Shown: piece after piece, positions 1 to 10,651 of the stretch
Layout of the letters: each line of letters opens with the position of its first letter
How positions within the stretch are numbered: position 1 is the first letter of the stretch
Source of the DNA: Pseudomonadota bacterium
GTDB taxonomy: Bacteria; Bdellovibrionota; FAC87; UBA2466
DNA length: 35,255 nt
Assembly (NCBI GenBank): GCA_043718025.1
Contig: JAYSWN010000073.1
Span: forward strand, 1-35,255
Direction of reading: 5' to 3'
Translations under genes and position numbers: made by a program
The notes under the pieces: generated by a model
Told to the model about the DNA's origin: nothing
What the model saw: the letters and a program-made list of their open reading frames with translations, nothing else
The model's database searches: none

Positions 1-958
1 CGTCGCCATTAAGGGGCCCCTTAGCACGCCCGTGGGCGGTGGCATTCGCTCGCTTAACGTGGCGCTTCGCCGGCTGCTTGACCTGCACTCATGCATTCGG
101 CCGGTGCGTTATTTTGCCGGCGTTCCGGGCCCGATGAAGGCTCCAGAAAAAGTGAACATGGTGATCTTCCGCGAAAACACCGAAGACGTTTACGCCGGAA
201 TCGAATGGAAAGCCGAATCGCCGGAAGCCAACGAAGTGATTGCCTTCTTGAACAACAAAATGGGGTCCAAAATCCGCGCCAACTCCGGCATCGGCATAAA
301 GCCGATGAGTGCTTTCGGTACCAAACGAGTGGTTCGCCAGGCGATACAATACGCCATCAAGAAAAATTTGCCGAGTGTGACGCTGGTACACAAAGGCAAT
401 ATTATGAAGTTTACCGAAGGAGCCTTTCGCGACTGGGGCTACGAACTCGCTAAGCAAGAGTTTGCCGACTTTACCATCACCGAAGACGAGGTTTACGCCA
501 ACCACGGGGGTAAGGCGCCCAAAAATAAAGTGGTGATCAAAGATCGCATCGCCGACAGCATGTTCCAGCAGGTGCTACTGCGTCCTGAAGAGTATTCGGT
601 CATCGCCACTCCAAATTTGAACGGCGACTATCTAAGTGATGCGGTTACGGCACAGGTTGGCGGACTGGGCATTGCTCCGGGCGCCAACATTGGTGACACG
701 GCGGCAGTGTTCGAGGCCACCCATGGCACCGCGCCGAAATACGCCGGGCTCGATAAAGTGAATCCTGGGTCGGTCATTCTTTCCGGCGTGCTGATGTTTG
801 AATATCTGGGTTGGAATGAACCTGGCGACCTCATCATCGAGGCGTTAGGAAAAACCATTCAAAAGAAAACTGTCACCTACGACTTTGCCCGTTTATTAGA
901 GGGGGCTAAGGAATTGAAGTGCTCGGAATTCGGTAACGCGATTATTTCCAACTTTTAA
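1..958 (+). CDS. icd: NADP-dependent isocitrate dehydrogenase (5' partial)
   Basis: The frame is open from position 2 ([20 protein letters not shown]). Motifs [40 protein letters not shown] and [13 protein letters not shown] are present. The true start lies upstream of the window. Confidence 0.97.
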   Translation, partial: VAIKGPLSTPVGGGIRSLNVALRRLLDLHSCIRPVRYFAGVPGPMKAPEKVNMVIFRENTEDVYAGIEWKAESPEANEVIAFLNNKMGSKIRANSGIGIKPMSAFGTKRVVRQAIQYAIKKNLPSVTLVHKGNIMKFTEGAFRDWGYELAKQEFADFTITEDEVYANHGGKAPKNKVVIKDRIADSMFQQVLLRPEEYSVIATPNLNGDYLSDAVTAQVGGLGIAPGANIGDTAAVFEATHGTAPKYAGLDKVNPGSVILSGVLMFEYLGWNEPGDLIIEALGKTIQKKTVTYDFARLLEGAKELKCSEFGNAIISNF

Positions 959-969
959 GAAAGGTTTTT

Positions 970-1911
970 ATGAAACGGGCAAAGATTACGATTGTTGGTT
1001 CAGGAAATGTAGGGGCAACCGCCGCTCACCTCATCGCGACCAAAGAATTAGGTGACGTCGTTTTGGTGGATATTGCCGAGGGCATTCCTCAGGGCAAGGG
1101 GCTAGATCTTCTCCAGTCGGGTCCGGTTGACGGATTTGATCTTCGCATCACCGGCACCAATGACTACGCCGATACAGAAAACTCAGATGTAGTCGTCATC
1201 ACCGCGGGAATCCCGCGAAAACCAGGCATGAGCCGCGATGACTTATTAAAAACCAACTCCAAAATTGTGGGAGAAGTGGCGGCGAAGGTTGCCAAGTTCT
1301 CCCCCAAAGCGGTGATGATCGTGGTGAGCAACCCCTTGGATGCGATGGCTTACGTGGCTAAAAAAGCATCAGGTTTTCCGCGTGAGCGGGTGATTGGCAT
1401 GGCGGGCGTTTTGGATACCGCGCGTTTCAAAACTTTTGTGGCCGAGGCGGCAAACGTGAGCGTGGAAGATGTAACGGGTTTCGTATATGGCGGCCACGGC
1501 GACACCATGGTGCCCATGACTCGCTTTTGTTCGATCGGCGGTGCCCCGCTTGAGTCATTTCTGTCCAAGGAAAAAATCGATCAAATTGTGGAGCGCACCA
1601 AGAATGGTGGCGCCGAAATTGTGAACTTTTTGAAGACCGGCTCGGCTTTTTACGCTCCGGCCTCATCCGTCGTGCAGATGGTGGAGTCGATCGTACGCGA
1701 TAAGAAACGCATTCTCCCCTGCGCCGTCTGGCTCACCGGCGAGTACGGCCACAAAGATATTTTTGTCGGCGTATTAGCCAAGCTCGGTAGCCAAGGCATG
1801 GAAAAAGTGGTGGAGCTCAACCTTAACGAAACCGAGAAAACGATGCTCAATAAATCGGCCGACTCGGTAAAACAGTTGATGCAAGTGATCGACACTCAGG
1901 GACAAGCATGA
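970..1911 (+). CDS. mdh: Malate dehydrogenase (LDH-like type)
   Basis: Motifs [47 protein letters not shown] and GSAFYAPA; lies in a TCA operon. Confidence 0.96.
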   Translation: MKRAKITIVGSGNVGATAAHLIATKELGDVVLVDIAEGIPQGKGLDLLQSGPVDGFDLRITGTNDYADTENSDVVVITAGIPRKPGMSRDDLLKTNSKIVGEVAAKVAKFSPKAVMIVVSNPLDAMAYVAKKASGFPRERVIGMAGVLDTARFKTFVAEAANVSVEDVTGFVYGGHGDTMVPMTRFCSIGGAPLESFLSKEKIDQIVERTKNGGAEIVNFLKTGSAFYAPASSVVQMVESIVRDKKRILPCAVWLTGEYGHKDIFVGVLAKLGSQGMEKVVELNLNETEKTMLNKSADSVKQLMQVIDTQGQA

Positions 1912-3107
1912 AAATTCACGAATACCAGGCAAAACAGATTTTTCGAGACTACGGCCTTCCGGTTCCGGAGGGCAAAGCCACTTTTAAAGCTGAGGAAGCG
2001 GTGAGCATTGCCGAATCACTCAAGTCAAAAGTGTGGGTAGTGAAAGCGCAAATTCACGCTGGCGGCCGCGGCAAAGGCGGCGGCGTGAAGGTAGCCAAGT
2101 CAATCGATGAGGTGCGCAAGTTCGCCGCGTCGATCATGGGCATGAATCTGGTCACCATACAGACGGGGCCTGAAGGCAAAGAGGTGAAGCGCCTTTTGAT
2201 CGAGCAGGGCGTCGACATCGATACCGAATCTTATCTCGCGGTCACTTTAGACCGCGCGGCATCGCAAGTGGTGATCATGGCCAGCTCGGCCGGCGGCATG
2301 GACATCGAAGAGGTGGCGCACAACACGCCGGAAAAAATCTTTAAGGAGTGGGTACACCCCACGTTAGGGCTTCGCGATTACCAATGCCGCGCCTTGGCCG
2401 GGAAAATGGGCTACAGCGGCGACACGGCCAAGCAGTTCGTCACCTTCGTGAAAACACTGGTGAAGATGTACATGGAATTGGACTGCAGCCTGGTGGAAAT
2501 CAACCCCTTGGTAAAAACCAAGCAGGGCAACCTGATGGCTTTGGATGCCAAAGTGGATTTCGACGACAACGGCATGTTTCGCCACCCCAAGTTAAATGAG
2601 CTTCGTGACACCAACGAAGAAGATCCGAGCGAAACTGCGGCAAAGAAATTTGACCTGAGTTACATCAGCCTCGATGGCACGATTGGCTGCATGGTAAACG
2701 GCGCCGGATTGGCGATGGCCACGATGGATATCATCAAACTTGAAGGCGGAAGTCCGGCCAACTTTTTGGATGTTGGCGGTGGAGCCACCGAACAAAAGGT
2801 AAAAGAGGCCTTTAAAATTATTCTCCAAGACCCCAAGGTGAAGGCCATTCTGGTGAATATCTTTGGCGGCATCATGAAGTGCGACGTGATTGCCACCGGG
2901 GTGATTGCCGCTGCCCGCGAATTAAATCTCTCGGTGCCGCTGGTGGTGCGCCTTGAAGGGACGAATGTGGAAAAAGGCAAACAGCTGCTCGCCGAGTCGG
3001 GCCTTAAGATCGTTTCTGCCAACGGCATGAAAGATGCGGCCGTAAAAGTAGTTGCCGCGGCGGATGCCAACCGCGCCCCTGGATCGTCGAACAAGGAAGC
3101 ACGCTAA
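1908..3107 (+). CDS. sucC: Succinyl-CoA synthetase beta subunit
   Basis: Motifs [40 protein letters not shown] and [14 protein letters not shown] overlap with mdh. Confidence 0.98.
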   Translation: MKIHEYQAKQIFRDYGLPVPEGKATFKAEEAVSIAESLKSKVWVVKAQIHAGGRGKGGGVKVAKSIDEVRKFAASIMGMNLVTIQTGPEGKEVKRLLIEQGVDIDTESYLAVTLDRAASQVVIMASSAGGMDIEEVAHNTPEKIFKEWVHPTLGLRDYQCRALAGKMGYSGDTAKQFVTFVKTLVKMYMELDCSLVEINPLVKTKQGNLMALDAKVDFDDNGMFRHPKLNELRDTNEEDPSETAAKKFDLSYISLDGTIGCMVNGAGLAMATMDIIKLEGGSPANFLDVGGGATEQKVKEAFKIILQDPKVKAILVNIFGGIMKCDVIATGVIAAARELNLSVPLVVRLEGTNVEKGKQLLAESGLKIVSANGMKDAAVKVVAAADANRAPGSSNKEAR

Positions 3108-3979
3108 TGAGCATTCTCGTAAATAAAAACACCAAATTAATTACCCAGGGCATCACCGGCCAAGCCGGCGCTTTTCACAGCAAAATGTGCAAAGAGTACG
3201 GCACTCAAGTGGTGGGCGGCGTCACTCCCGGCAAAGGCGGCGAAAACGTGGAAGGCATTCCGGTGTTTAACTCGGTTGCCGAAGCGGTGACCAAGACCGG
3301 CGCCAACGCCACCATGATTTTCGTACCGCCGCCGTTTGCGGCCGATGCGATCATCGAAGCTGCGCAAGCGGGCATCAAAGTGATCTGCTGTATCACCGAA
3401 GGCATTCCGGTGAACGACATGATTGCGGTTAAAGAGTTTTTAAAAACCTCTTCGAGCTATCTCATCGGGCCTAACTGTCCCGGTATCATCACCCCCGGCG
3501 AATGCAAAATTGGGATCATGCCCGGTTATATTCACAAACCAGGTAAAGTCGGCTTGGTGAGTCGTAGCGGAACGTTAACCTACGAAGCGGTTCATCAGAT
3601 GTCGGTGCGGGGGATTGGACAATCTACCTGCGTAGGCATCGGTGGCGACCCGATTCCGGGCCTTTCTTTCCTCGATACGCTAAAACTCTTTGAAGCAGAT
3701 CCTGCCACCGAAGCCGTAGTGATGATCGGGGAGATTGGTGGCACGGCGGAAGAGACCGCGGCAGAGTACATCAAAGCCCACATGAAGAAGCCGGTGATTG
3801 GCTTTATCGGTGGGCAGACCGCGCCTCCCGGCAAACGCATGGGCCATGCTGGTGCCATTGTGAGCGGCGGCAGCGGAAAAGCCTCGGACAAAATTGCGGC
3901 GATGGAAGACGCCGGCGTGCACATGGCGATGAGCCCGGCGCTCATCGGCGATGTGGTAGCCAAAGTATTGGGTCTTTAA
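3107..3979 (+). CDS. sucD: Succinyl-CoA synthetase alpha subunit
   Basis: Motifs [27 protein letters not shown] and the phospho-His motif [13 protein letters not shown] overlap with sucC. Confidence 0.98.
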   Translation: MSILVNKNTKLITQGITGQAGAFHSKMCKEYGTQVVGGVTPGKGGENVEGIPVFNSVAEAVTKTGANATMIFVPPPFAADAIIEAAQAGIKVICCITEGIPVNDMIAVKEFLKTSSSYLIGPNCPGIITPGECKIGIMPGYIHKPGKVGLVSRSGTLTYEAVHQMSVRGIGQSTCVGIGGDPIPGLSFLDTLKLFEADPATEAVVMIGEIGGTAEETAAEYIKAHMKKPVIGFIGGQTAPPGKRMGHAGAIVSGGSGKASDKIAAMEDAGVHMAMSPALIGDVVAKVLGL

Positions 3980-4003
3980 TTTAAACAATTCAGGAGTATG
4001 AAA

Positions 4004-4414
4004 ATGGAAAAAACATTTGCGATTATCAAGCCGAATGCAGTGAAGCGAAAATGGTGCGGAAAGATTCTCACCATGATTGAAGACGGTGGGTTTAATTTGG
4101 TGGCGGCTCGTTTTACAACCTTGAGCCGTGCCAAAGCGGAAGGTTTTTACGCTGAACACAGCGCTCGTCCTTTCTTCGGTAGCTTGGTCTCTTTTATGAC
4201 CAGCGGCCCGGTTCTGTTACTGGCGCTAGAGCGTGAAAATGCCGTTGAAGAGTGGCGTAAATTAATGGGCGCGACCGATCCGGCAAAGGCAGCTCCGGCT
4301 ACGGTACGAAAACTCTACGGCGAGAGCTTAGAGGCCAACAGCACGCATGGTTCTGACAGTGCCGCTTCGGCAGCACGCGAGCTTAATTTTTTCTTTGAAG
4401 GCGAAATCAAGTAA
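4004..4414 (+). CDS. ndk: Nucleoside diphosphate kinase
   Basis: Motifs EKTFAIIKP, FYAEH, FMTSGP, MGATDP and NSTHGSDS. ATG 4004 is preferred over 3998 because AGGAG (3992-3996) lies 7 nt upstream of it. Confidence 0.96.
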   Translation: MEKTFAIIKPNAVKRKWCGKILTMIEDGGFNLVAARFTTLSRAKAEGFYAEHSARPFFGSLVSFMTSGPVLLLALERENAVEEWRKLMGATDPAKAAPATVRKLYGESLEANSTHGSDSAASAARELNFFFEGEIK

Positions 4415-4442
4415 TTTCTACTTATTGAAAAATGCATTCATG

Positions 4443-4475
4443 AAGGCGGCTTGAGGTTCAAGCCGCCTTTTTTTT
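4443..4475 (+). terminator. Intrinsic terminator of the TCA/ndk operon
   Basis: Hairpin AAGGCGGCTTGA-GGT-TCAAGCCGCCTT followed by a T run; it overlaps the stop codon of the convergent kinase gene. Confidence 0.85.
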
Positions 4476-6113
4476 GCCTACCGCGAAGGAAGGGGGAACG
4501 GCGATGCTCTCTACCTGAATCCGCTTTTTCTTTGCCGTCTCAAGGGCTTTCTCAAAATCTAGACGCATGATGGGGGTTTCTAAGAAACCGTCGAAGGCAA
4601 AGTCTTCATAATCTACCGGACTGGGCCCTTTTTTCTCAAGAGCCAGAAAGACCGGAACCATTCGCCCCACCGGGTCACTCTTAATGGCGTTAAGCACGTC
4701 GGTTTCAGAGACTTTTTTGGTATCGGCGGTCAAAATAATGACGTCGGTGCGTTGATAGTAGGCTTGGGTAAGTACATCAACTCCGCTCTCCACAAATTTA
4801 AGCTCGTAACCCCAACGTTGTAGAATTTCGAAATTATGTTCACGCCGATCTAACGAGGGCTCTACGATTAAGACCCGATTTGTTTTATCGGGTTGAGCTT
4901 CGGGAAACGCGCCGCTAATGACATGAGGAAACAACACGAAAAAAGTTGAACCCTTACCCTCTTGGCTTTCCACCCAAATGTTTCCGTCGTGCAGCGTAGA
5001 AATTTGTTTGGCCACGGTTAGCCCCAAGCCGCGCCCCTCAGCACGCGAGTAATCTTTGATTTGGGTAAATCGGTCAAAAATGCGCTGCATCTCTCGATCG
5101 GGCATGCCACGCCCTTCGTCTTTTATGCTGATCACCATCATCGGAAAAGGGGGATCCGATTTTCGACGCCCGGTAAAGGGTTCCACATCGAGAAAAATAT
5201 TTTTCCCAGATTCGGTGAACTTTAATGCGTTAACGAACAAGTTTTGCAAGAGCTGCTGGACCCGCTCTTTATCGATCAGCGCTTTCCAGTGCTGATACGA
5301 ATTGTGGTAATGAAAAGTCACTCCCTTTTGTTCGGCCTGAAATTTGTAGTCCTGATAAAAATTTTGTAGCAAGTCGTGAACGCCGATCAGTTCGTAGCGG
5401 GGCTTAAAACCTTGTTCAAACGCCATCACGTCTAAGAGGTCACTTACCAAATTGATAGCGTGCTCGGTTTGTCGTTTGGCGCGGGCTAAAAGCTCTTGAT
5501 GCATGGGAGGCAAGGCAGATTCTTTTTCTTCCTTTTTTAAAATTAAAGAAAGGCTCGACTGGATCAGTCCCAATGGCGAACGAATATCATGAGCACAGAT
5601 GCCCAAAAATTCTTCGCGCTTTTTCATGCTGCCTTCGTTGCGAGAGATGATCGAGGCCTGTTCTTTAAGCTGGGCTTCCACCACGTGATTTTGCAGACAT
5701 TGGCGGGCGCGCATGCCTACGCGAGTGCGAATCTCGTCTGCTGAATCCCCTACCGAAAGAAAATCATCAACGCCGTAGGTCGAGGTCGGAAAGAGATCTT
5801 TCTGATTTTTTGAGTCTTCCACGAAAAAGATGGGAACTTCCCCATTTTCTTGGCGCGAGACTTTAATCAGCTGTTCCATCCATTGGGGGTCAGTTTCGCA
5901 AGTGAAGACCGCCTTAACCTGCTTGGGAATGTGCGTAGCAAACCAGGGCGGCGTGGGATAGTTGCCGCGACCGGTACCAACGAGCTCGCAGTGAAAGCCT
6001 GCGTCCACCAATCGTTCCAAAAACGTGCCGAAACGACTTTCAATCGTAGCCACCGCCGTTTTAATTTCATCGCGAATAACCCACACGATGGCGGGCGAGT
6101 TGGTATCCGACAC
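4458..6113 (-). CDS. Cytoplasmic sensor histidine kinase (HisKA + HATPase_c) with degenerate receiver-like domains at both ends
   Basis: H box AHDIRSPL, N box NLFVNALKFT, G1 DEGRGM, F box IFDRF, G2 GRGLGL. No TM segment. AAGGAG lies upstream of the GTG start. Confidence 0.9.
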   Translation of the reverse strand: MSDTNSPAIVWVIRDEIKTAVATIESRFGTFLERLVDAGFHCELVGTGRGNYPTPPWFATHIPKQVKAVFTCETDPQWMEQLIKVSRQENGEVPIFFVEDSKNQKDLFPTSTYGVDDFLSVGDSADEIRTRVGMRARQCLQNHVVEAQLKEQASIISRNEGSMKKREEFLGICAHDIRSPLGLIQSSLSLILKKEEKESALPPMHQELLARAKRQTEHAINLVSDLLDVMAFEQGFKPRYELIGVHDLLQNFYQDYKFQAEQKGVTFHYHNSYQHWKALIDKERVQQLLQNLFVNALKFTESGKNIFLDVEPFTGRRKSDPPFPMMVISIKDEGRGMPDREMQRIFDRFTQIKDYSRAEGRGLGLTVAKQISTLHDGNIWVESQEGKGSTFFVLFPHVISGAFPEAQPDKTNRVLIVEPSLDRREHNFEILQRWGYELKFVESGVDVLTQAYYQRTDVIILTADTKKVSETDVLNAIKSDPVGRMVPVFLALEKKGPSPVDYEDFAFDGFLETPIMRLDFEKALETAKKKRIQVESIAVPPSFAVGKKKAA

Positions 6114-6163
6114 AAACGCTCCTTATGGTACGTATCGGACTAATCGTGTGTTTTGCTTAACAT

Positions 6164-6901
6164 TCAGGCTTTTTCGAGGCCGATGCGCCGCACGGCTGCT
6201 CGAATGCGGTGCAAATGAAACCACCAGCCGAGCCACGTGGGGAGGCCAAAAAATTTTAGTACGTGAGGCAGCCGCCTTAAGCCATCCGCAAAACCGATGG
6301 ACGGGCAGCCCTCGGCCAACCCTATTTTTGTACCCGTAATCGAGCGCGCAGCCGCAAAGGCGTAAAAATCGGTGGCCCTCCAGATTTTTTGTTCCACGAC
6401 GCGCTCGTAGACCACGGCGGCTAAATTTGGTCGCATTACGAGATTGGCGGTGGTCAACTCTCCCTTCTCAAGGAGGGCCGGCGATCGGCCGTCCGGTGGC
6501 AATATCCTTCCCCCCACCGTGAACGGCACTAAAAGGAGATCGGGAAAAGCGTGCAAACGAAGTTGAGCTTCGATGAGACCCAGCGCCTTTGGCCCAAACC
6601 AGTCGTCATCGTCCCAAAAGACGAGGTAATCAGGGGGATTCGCCTGCGCTAGAAAATAGCGGGCGCCGCATAAGCGGCCGGAGGCACCGTAATCGTCATT
6701 TTTTTTAGAGGTATTTAAAAAAATGATTCGGGAGTCTTCCCTAGTCAAATTTTCGGTTTGCAAAGTACGATCGGGCCCATCGTGAATGATTGCCCAACGC
6801 CATTGACCCAGTTGCTGACCGAGCAGCCTCGAATACAATCGACGCACCAGACGGGGCCTACGGTAGGTAGGTGTCACCACTCCAAAAGAGAGAGGCCTCA
6901 T
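6164..6901 (-). CDS. Glycosyltransferase family 2
   Basis: Motifs VVTPTYRR, IIHDG and YLVFWDDDD. Start is likely ATG 6901 (ATGA overlap with the upstream GT) rather than 6937. Confidence 0.8.
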   Translation of the reverse strand: MRPLSFGVVTPTYRRPRLVRRLYSRLLGQQLGQWRWAIIHDGPDRTLQTENLTREDSRIIFLNTSKKNDDYGASGRLCGARYFLAQANPPDYLVFWDDDDWFGPKALGLIEAQLRLHAFPDLLLVPFTVGGRILPPDGRSPALLEKGELTTANLVMRPNLAAVVYERVVEQKIWRATDFYAFAAARSITGTKIGLAEGCPSIGFADGLRRLPHVLKFFGLPTWLGWWFHLHRIRAAVRRIGLEKA

Positions 6902-7929
6902 GCGTTTCGCAACTCGGGTGTGGTCTTCGTCCCCCAAATATAATGCTCAATGGCAACACTGCCGGGGTAAAGCTTTACACCGCAGGCCCGATTCGGGGGC
7001 GAACTCCGCAGTCGGGCCACAAAGAATCTTGGTAAGTTATAAATCGTAGCGGCCCAAGCGCAAAAAATCGCCAACGCCTGCGGAAGACGGCGCCAATGAG
7101 TTAGCGCGTAGAGAAAAGCCGCAACCTCAAGCACGCCCCGACCCGGCAGAGCGCCGGCCAACTCTTTAAGAGTCCAGTTCTTCAATAAAAAAATGAGGTT
7201 GTTGCGGTGATTCAAGAATTGTTTGCGAAAGCTGCCACTGGGCAATGACCAGCCATTGAGGTGATAGACCAACGATTTCGGTACATAGCGCACCCGAAAA
7301 CCTCGCTGCTGCAGGCGCCAACAGAGATCGACGTCCTCCATCTGCATAAAATAGCCTTCATCAAATCCATTCAACTCCAAAAATAGGGCACGATGAATCA
7401 ACAGGGCGGCTCCGGTACCCCAAACCACATCCCGTTCTGAATCGTATTGCCCTCGGTCGACTTCACGAGATTCAAAAAGCCTACCCTTGGCGAAAGGATA
7501 ACCGAAGCTATCCATCTCTCCTCCGGCCGCAGAGTGATCAAATTGAATTCGATTGATGCCGCAAAGAACCTTAGGAACGCACACCCCTATGGTTTCGTCG
7601 CCATCGCAAACCGAAAATAACGAATCAAGCCAACCGTTCGTCACCACGACGTCATCGTTTAGAAAAAGAAGGTGCTTAGTACTCGCAAGCCTTGCCCCCC
7701 GATTGCAACTGGCCGCGTAGCCGCTCCCACTAATCGAAGCTTCCACGACCAAACGAGGGTATTTTTTCAGTTGCCATGCAAATGGGGACTTTTGCGGACG
7801 GTCGTCGACCACGACCAGGTTGAAGCCAATACTATTTTCCACAGAGTACAGAGACTCTAACAAGAACTCCAACTTGCCCGGACGATAATGGGGCACCACG
7901 ATGGTTAATCGGGGATTAAGCACGAGCAC
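6898..7929 (-). CDS. Glycosyltransferase family 2 (WbbL/rhamnosyltransferase-like)
   Basis: Motifs IVVPHY, VVVDD, GYAASCNRG, LLFLNDD, GAALLI and GFDEGYFMQMEDVDLCWR. Confidence 0.92.
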   Translation of the reverse strand: MLVLNPRLTIVVPHYRPGKLEFLLESLYSVENSIGFNLVVVDDRPQKSPFAWQLKKYPRLVVEASISGSGYAASCNRGARLASTKHLLFLNDDVVVTNGWLDSLFSVCDGDETIGVCVPKVLCGINRIQFDHSAAGGEMDSFGYPFAKGRLFESREVDRGQYDSERDVVWGTGAALLIHRALFLELNGFDEGYFMQMEDVDLCWRLQQRGFRVRYVPKSLVYHLNGWSLPSGSFRKQFLNHRNNLIFLLKNWTLKELAGALPGRGVLEVAAFLYALTHWRRLPQALAIFCAWAATIYNLPRFFVARLRSSPPNRACGVKLYPGSVAIEHYIWGTKTTPELRNA

Positions 7930-9217
7930 GAGCCCGTGCCCAGCCCTTAGGCATTTTCAATGTCAACGCTTCCAACCGCTCTACCCAAAAGCCCGCGAAG
8001 ATCACGGCAACACTAGGAATTGCCGGAACCAAAAATCGTGTACTTGAATCAACAATGAGTTGCGGCAATAGAATTAGTAGCAGAGGGAAAAGAAGAACCA
8101 GCGCCGAAGGACCTCGCGCGCTGACGGAGAAACAGAAAATAGTGCCAAAAAAGAAGAGCGCGACAAACCGACGGGCGAATTCGTAGTCAACCTTGGCAAA
8201 TTGCACGAAACGCGTAGTCCAAATCGATTCCGTAAACCAAACGTCAGGCTGCACCCCCGTAAAAACCTGCGCCCGGCGCCAAAGTAATTTTAAGTAATTA
8301 CTGGGCTGTTGAAAGACAAATGCCAACCCGTGAACCCCCAACTCTTTCTTTGTCAGTCGAACTGCATTAAATCCCTTTGAGTTCTCCGACAGCCCATGCA
8401 AAAAAGTGAGGGAGGTCACATTCTGAGCAAAAATAAAAATTTTTCCACGCCGAAGGGAATAGAGCACTTGCATCGGCGCACAGAGCAAAAGAAAGGCGCC
8501 TAGAAACCGTAGCGCCTCGCCCTTAAATTGAGTTCTACGAGAAATCGCAAGCACCAGCAAAAAAAAGGGGACGAACAAACCAAAATGCACGCGGAAAATA
8601 ATCAGCACTCCGACGAGGGCTCCCGCCGCTACTAAAATGGCGTGCCGACGCCGCGGTGCCTTTGCAAGTTGTCTTTCGAAACGGAACAGCAGCAGGAATA
8701 AGAAAGTTACGAGGGTACACAGAAAGGCCGCAATGGCCTCGTATTGAACCAATGAAATGTAGCTTGAGTACAAACGGGAACTGGCCACGATCGCGGTGGC
8801 TAACGCCGCCCCCGGTAGGCTGCGAAAAACTAAATGAGAAGTACACCCCACCAGACAAAGGGTGGCCAACCACAAATAGAAATTGATTCGGGTGAAAGAG
8901 GGTTTAAACCCAACTTCTCCCGACCGCCTCATTATCCACGACGCCAAGACTTGCGTACCGACGCTATGGTATCCATCGTCGGTGTATAGCCAATCACCGT
9001 TTTTCACCATTTTTTGGGCGCCCAGGAAGTGAGATCTCTCATCGATAATCGGCGGCTTCAATTTGGAAAATTGGCCAGAAACACTCCGCACTTCACTGAA
9101 TATCAACAAGGTCGACGTACAAAGGGTGAGACCGAAAACCATCCATCTAAATTCGTTGAATAGGCGTGCCATCGGTGCGGACATTCTATGCTGTCTGTCA
9201 TCGAGGTGCCAATTCAA
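7916..9217 (-). CDS. Polytopic membrane protein, probable GT-C fold glycosyltransferase (ArnT/PMT-like)
   Basis: About 9-10 hydrophobic segments; 'DE' in the first external loop (IIDERSHF); C-terminal TRFLVPAIP; adjacent to GT2 genes. The start codon is uncertain. Confidence 0.6.
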   Translation of the reverse strand: MNWHLDDRQHRMSAPMARLFNEFRWMVFGLTLCTSTLLIFSEVRSVSGQFSKLKPPIIDERSHFLGAQKMVKNGDWLYTDDGYHSVGTQVLASWIMRRSGEVGFKPSFTRINFYLWLATLCLVGCTSHLVFRSLPGAALATAIVASSRLYSSYISLVQYEAIAAFLCTLVTFLFLLLFRFERQLAKAPRRRHAILVAAGALVGVLIIFRVHFGLFVPFFLLVLAISRRTQFKGEALRFLGAFLLLCAPMQVLYSLRRGKIFIFAQNVTSLTFLHGLSENSKGFNAVRLTKKELGVHGLAFVFQQPSNYLKLLWRRAQVFTGVQPDVWFTESIWTTRFVQFAKVDYEFARRFVALFFFGTIFCFSVSARGPSALVLLFPLLLILLPQLIVDSSTRFLVPAIPSVAVIFAGFWVERLEALTLKMPKGWARARARA

Positions 9218-9223
9218 AAGCGG

Positions 9224-10540
9224 CTATGCTTTTCCACCCGTCTTTTGATACGCCTCGTCTAGCTTCTTTAGATAACGGTGAGTTCTGACGTCGAGCGTTT
9301 TCTCTGGTGGTGCCTCCGCTTTAACGCTGTCGTATATTTTCTTAATCGTGGCTTTGTCGGGAATGGTGGCCAAGATATCGATTAGCAATACCGCCGACCT
9401 AATTTTGTTGTCGCCGTAAGACAGGTCAAAGGCCTTATACGCCGAAGTGGTCGCCTGCAGATAATTCTTGGCCCGGTAAAGGAGCGATGCTTTCCAGAAG
9501 TAGAAGGTAAATTCTTTTGGAAATTTAGCGGCGTATTCATCGGCCAACGCCATAGCCTCGTCAAGCTCACCGGCCTGTTCTAGCGCGTAAATTCGTTCGA
9601 TGGTGAAACCGCGAGCCACCTTGCCCGCGGTAACTTCCTTTGCGGCCTGAGAAAAGAGTGCCGCGGCGTCTTTCCAGGCAATTTTGGCCTCGGTGGTCTT
9701 TCCTGACTTAGTGAGTAGCTCGGCACGCAGGAGAGCTAGGTCAGTTCGCGTCAGACCCACTGCATCCATAGTGGGGCTTACGCTGGTGGCCGGATAATTT
9801 TTTAATACCAGTTCGACCAACTCTATCTTTGGTTTTAACCCTTTTGCCTCCTCGAAACTGTCGAGATATTCGTTACCCCAAACGTAGGCCATCGGCGCCT
9901 GCGGATTTTCGAGCATGAGCCTTTCTTGCATATTACGCTTTAAGTCAGGCATCTTTTCCTGCTCTAAAAAAAAGGTGTTGGCGATCTGCTGTTCGGCCGA
10001 CCCCACGGTGGTTTTAGGCTGTAGCTTTTCAAAGGCGGTCGTGGCGCAGGCAATCTCTTTGCGTTCGCTGCAGGAGATCGCGCAGCGCATGAGATCGGCG
10101 GTGGAGTTAGACTCGCACGCCTTCTTGAAATCTACCCCTTTCGACTTAAGCACCATGTCCATGATGCGCACCATCTCTTTTTGAGTGCGGTAGCCGACCA
10201 CCCGATAAATTTCATCGCCCTTGTCGTTGGTGAAGATCAGCGTGGGGTAGCCGCCCACTTTATAGCGGTCTTTTATCTTCCAAGACGACTTAGCATCGGC
10301 ATCAATTTTCAGCAGAACAAAGGACTTGGCCTTGGTCAAAAAGGCCTCGGTCTCAAAGACCGTTTCATCGAGTTCGTTGCAGGGAGGACACCAAATCCCA
10401 TAAAAATCGATAAGCATCGGCTTTTTGGCTTTGGCCGAATCATTAAAGGCAATTTTTTCATCTTCCCAGAACCCCCCTTTGGAAGCCAAGGCTTGGTTCA
10501 AGCCAACATGCAGGCAAATCAACAACGTTAGGAATTTCAT
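9224..10540 (-). CDS. Exported thioredoxin-domain protein with TPR-like helical C-terminus
   Basis: Signal peptide, LIDFYGIWCPPC, cis-Pro motif GYPT, then helical repeats. Confidence 0.85.
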   Translation of the reverse strand: MKFLTLLICLHVGLNQALASKGGFWEDEKIAFNDSAKAKKPMLIDFYGIWCPPCNELDETVFETEAFLTKAKSFVLLKIDADAKSSWKIKDRYKVGGYPTLIFTNDKGDEIYRVVGYRTQKEMVRIMDMVLKSKGVDFKKACESNSTADLMRCAISCSERKEIACATTAFEKLQPKTTVGSAEQQIANTFFLEQEKMPDLKRNMQERLMLENPQAPMAYVWGNEYLDSFEEAKGLKPKIELVELVLKNYPATSVSPTMDAVGLTRTDLALLRAELLTKSGKTTEAKIAWKDAAALFSQAAKEVTAGKVARGFTIERIYALEQAGELDEAMALADEYAAKFPKEFTFYFWKASLLYRAKNYLQATTSAYKAFDLSYGDNKIRSAVLLIDILATIPDKATIKKIYDSVKAEAPPEKTLDVRTHRYLKKLDEAYQKTGGKA

Positions 10541-10651
10541 TCCCTACTTTTACGCCCGTTAGGCCGGGGATTCAAATCAGGTGAATTTCAAAAAAAACTG
10601 CGGTACACCTCCTGCACGTAGGTTAAAGAATGGACCACGCAGAATTTTCTG

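Noticed and set aside
10601..10616. CGGTAC-N5-CTGCA sigma54-like motif upstream of the tRNA
   Set aside because: The GG-N10-GC spacing is right, but there are three mismatches to consensus and tRNAs normally use the housekeeping sigma.
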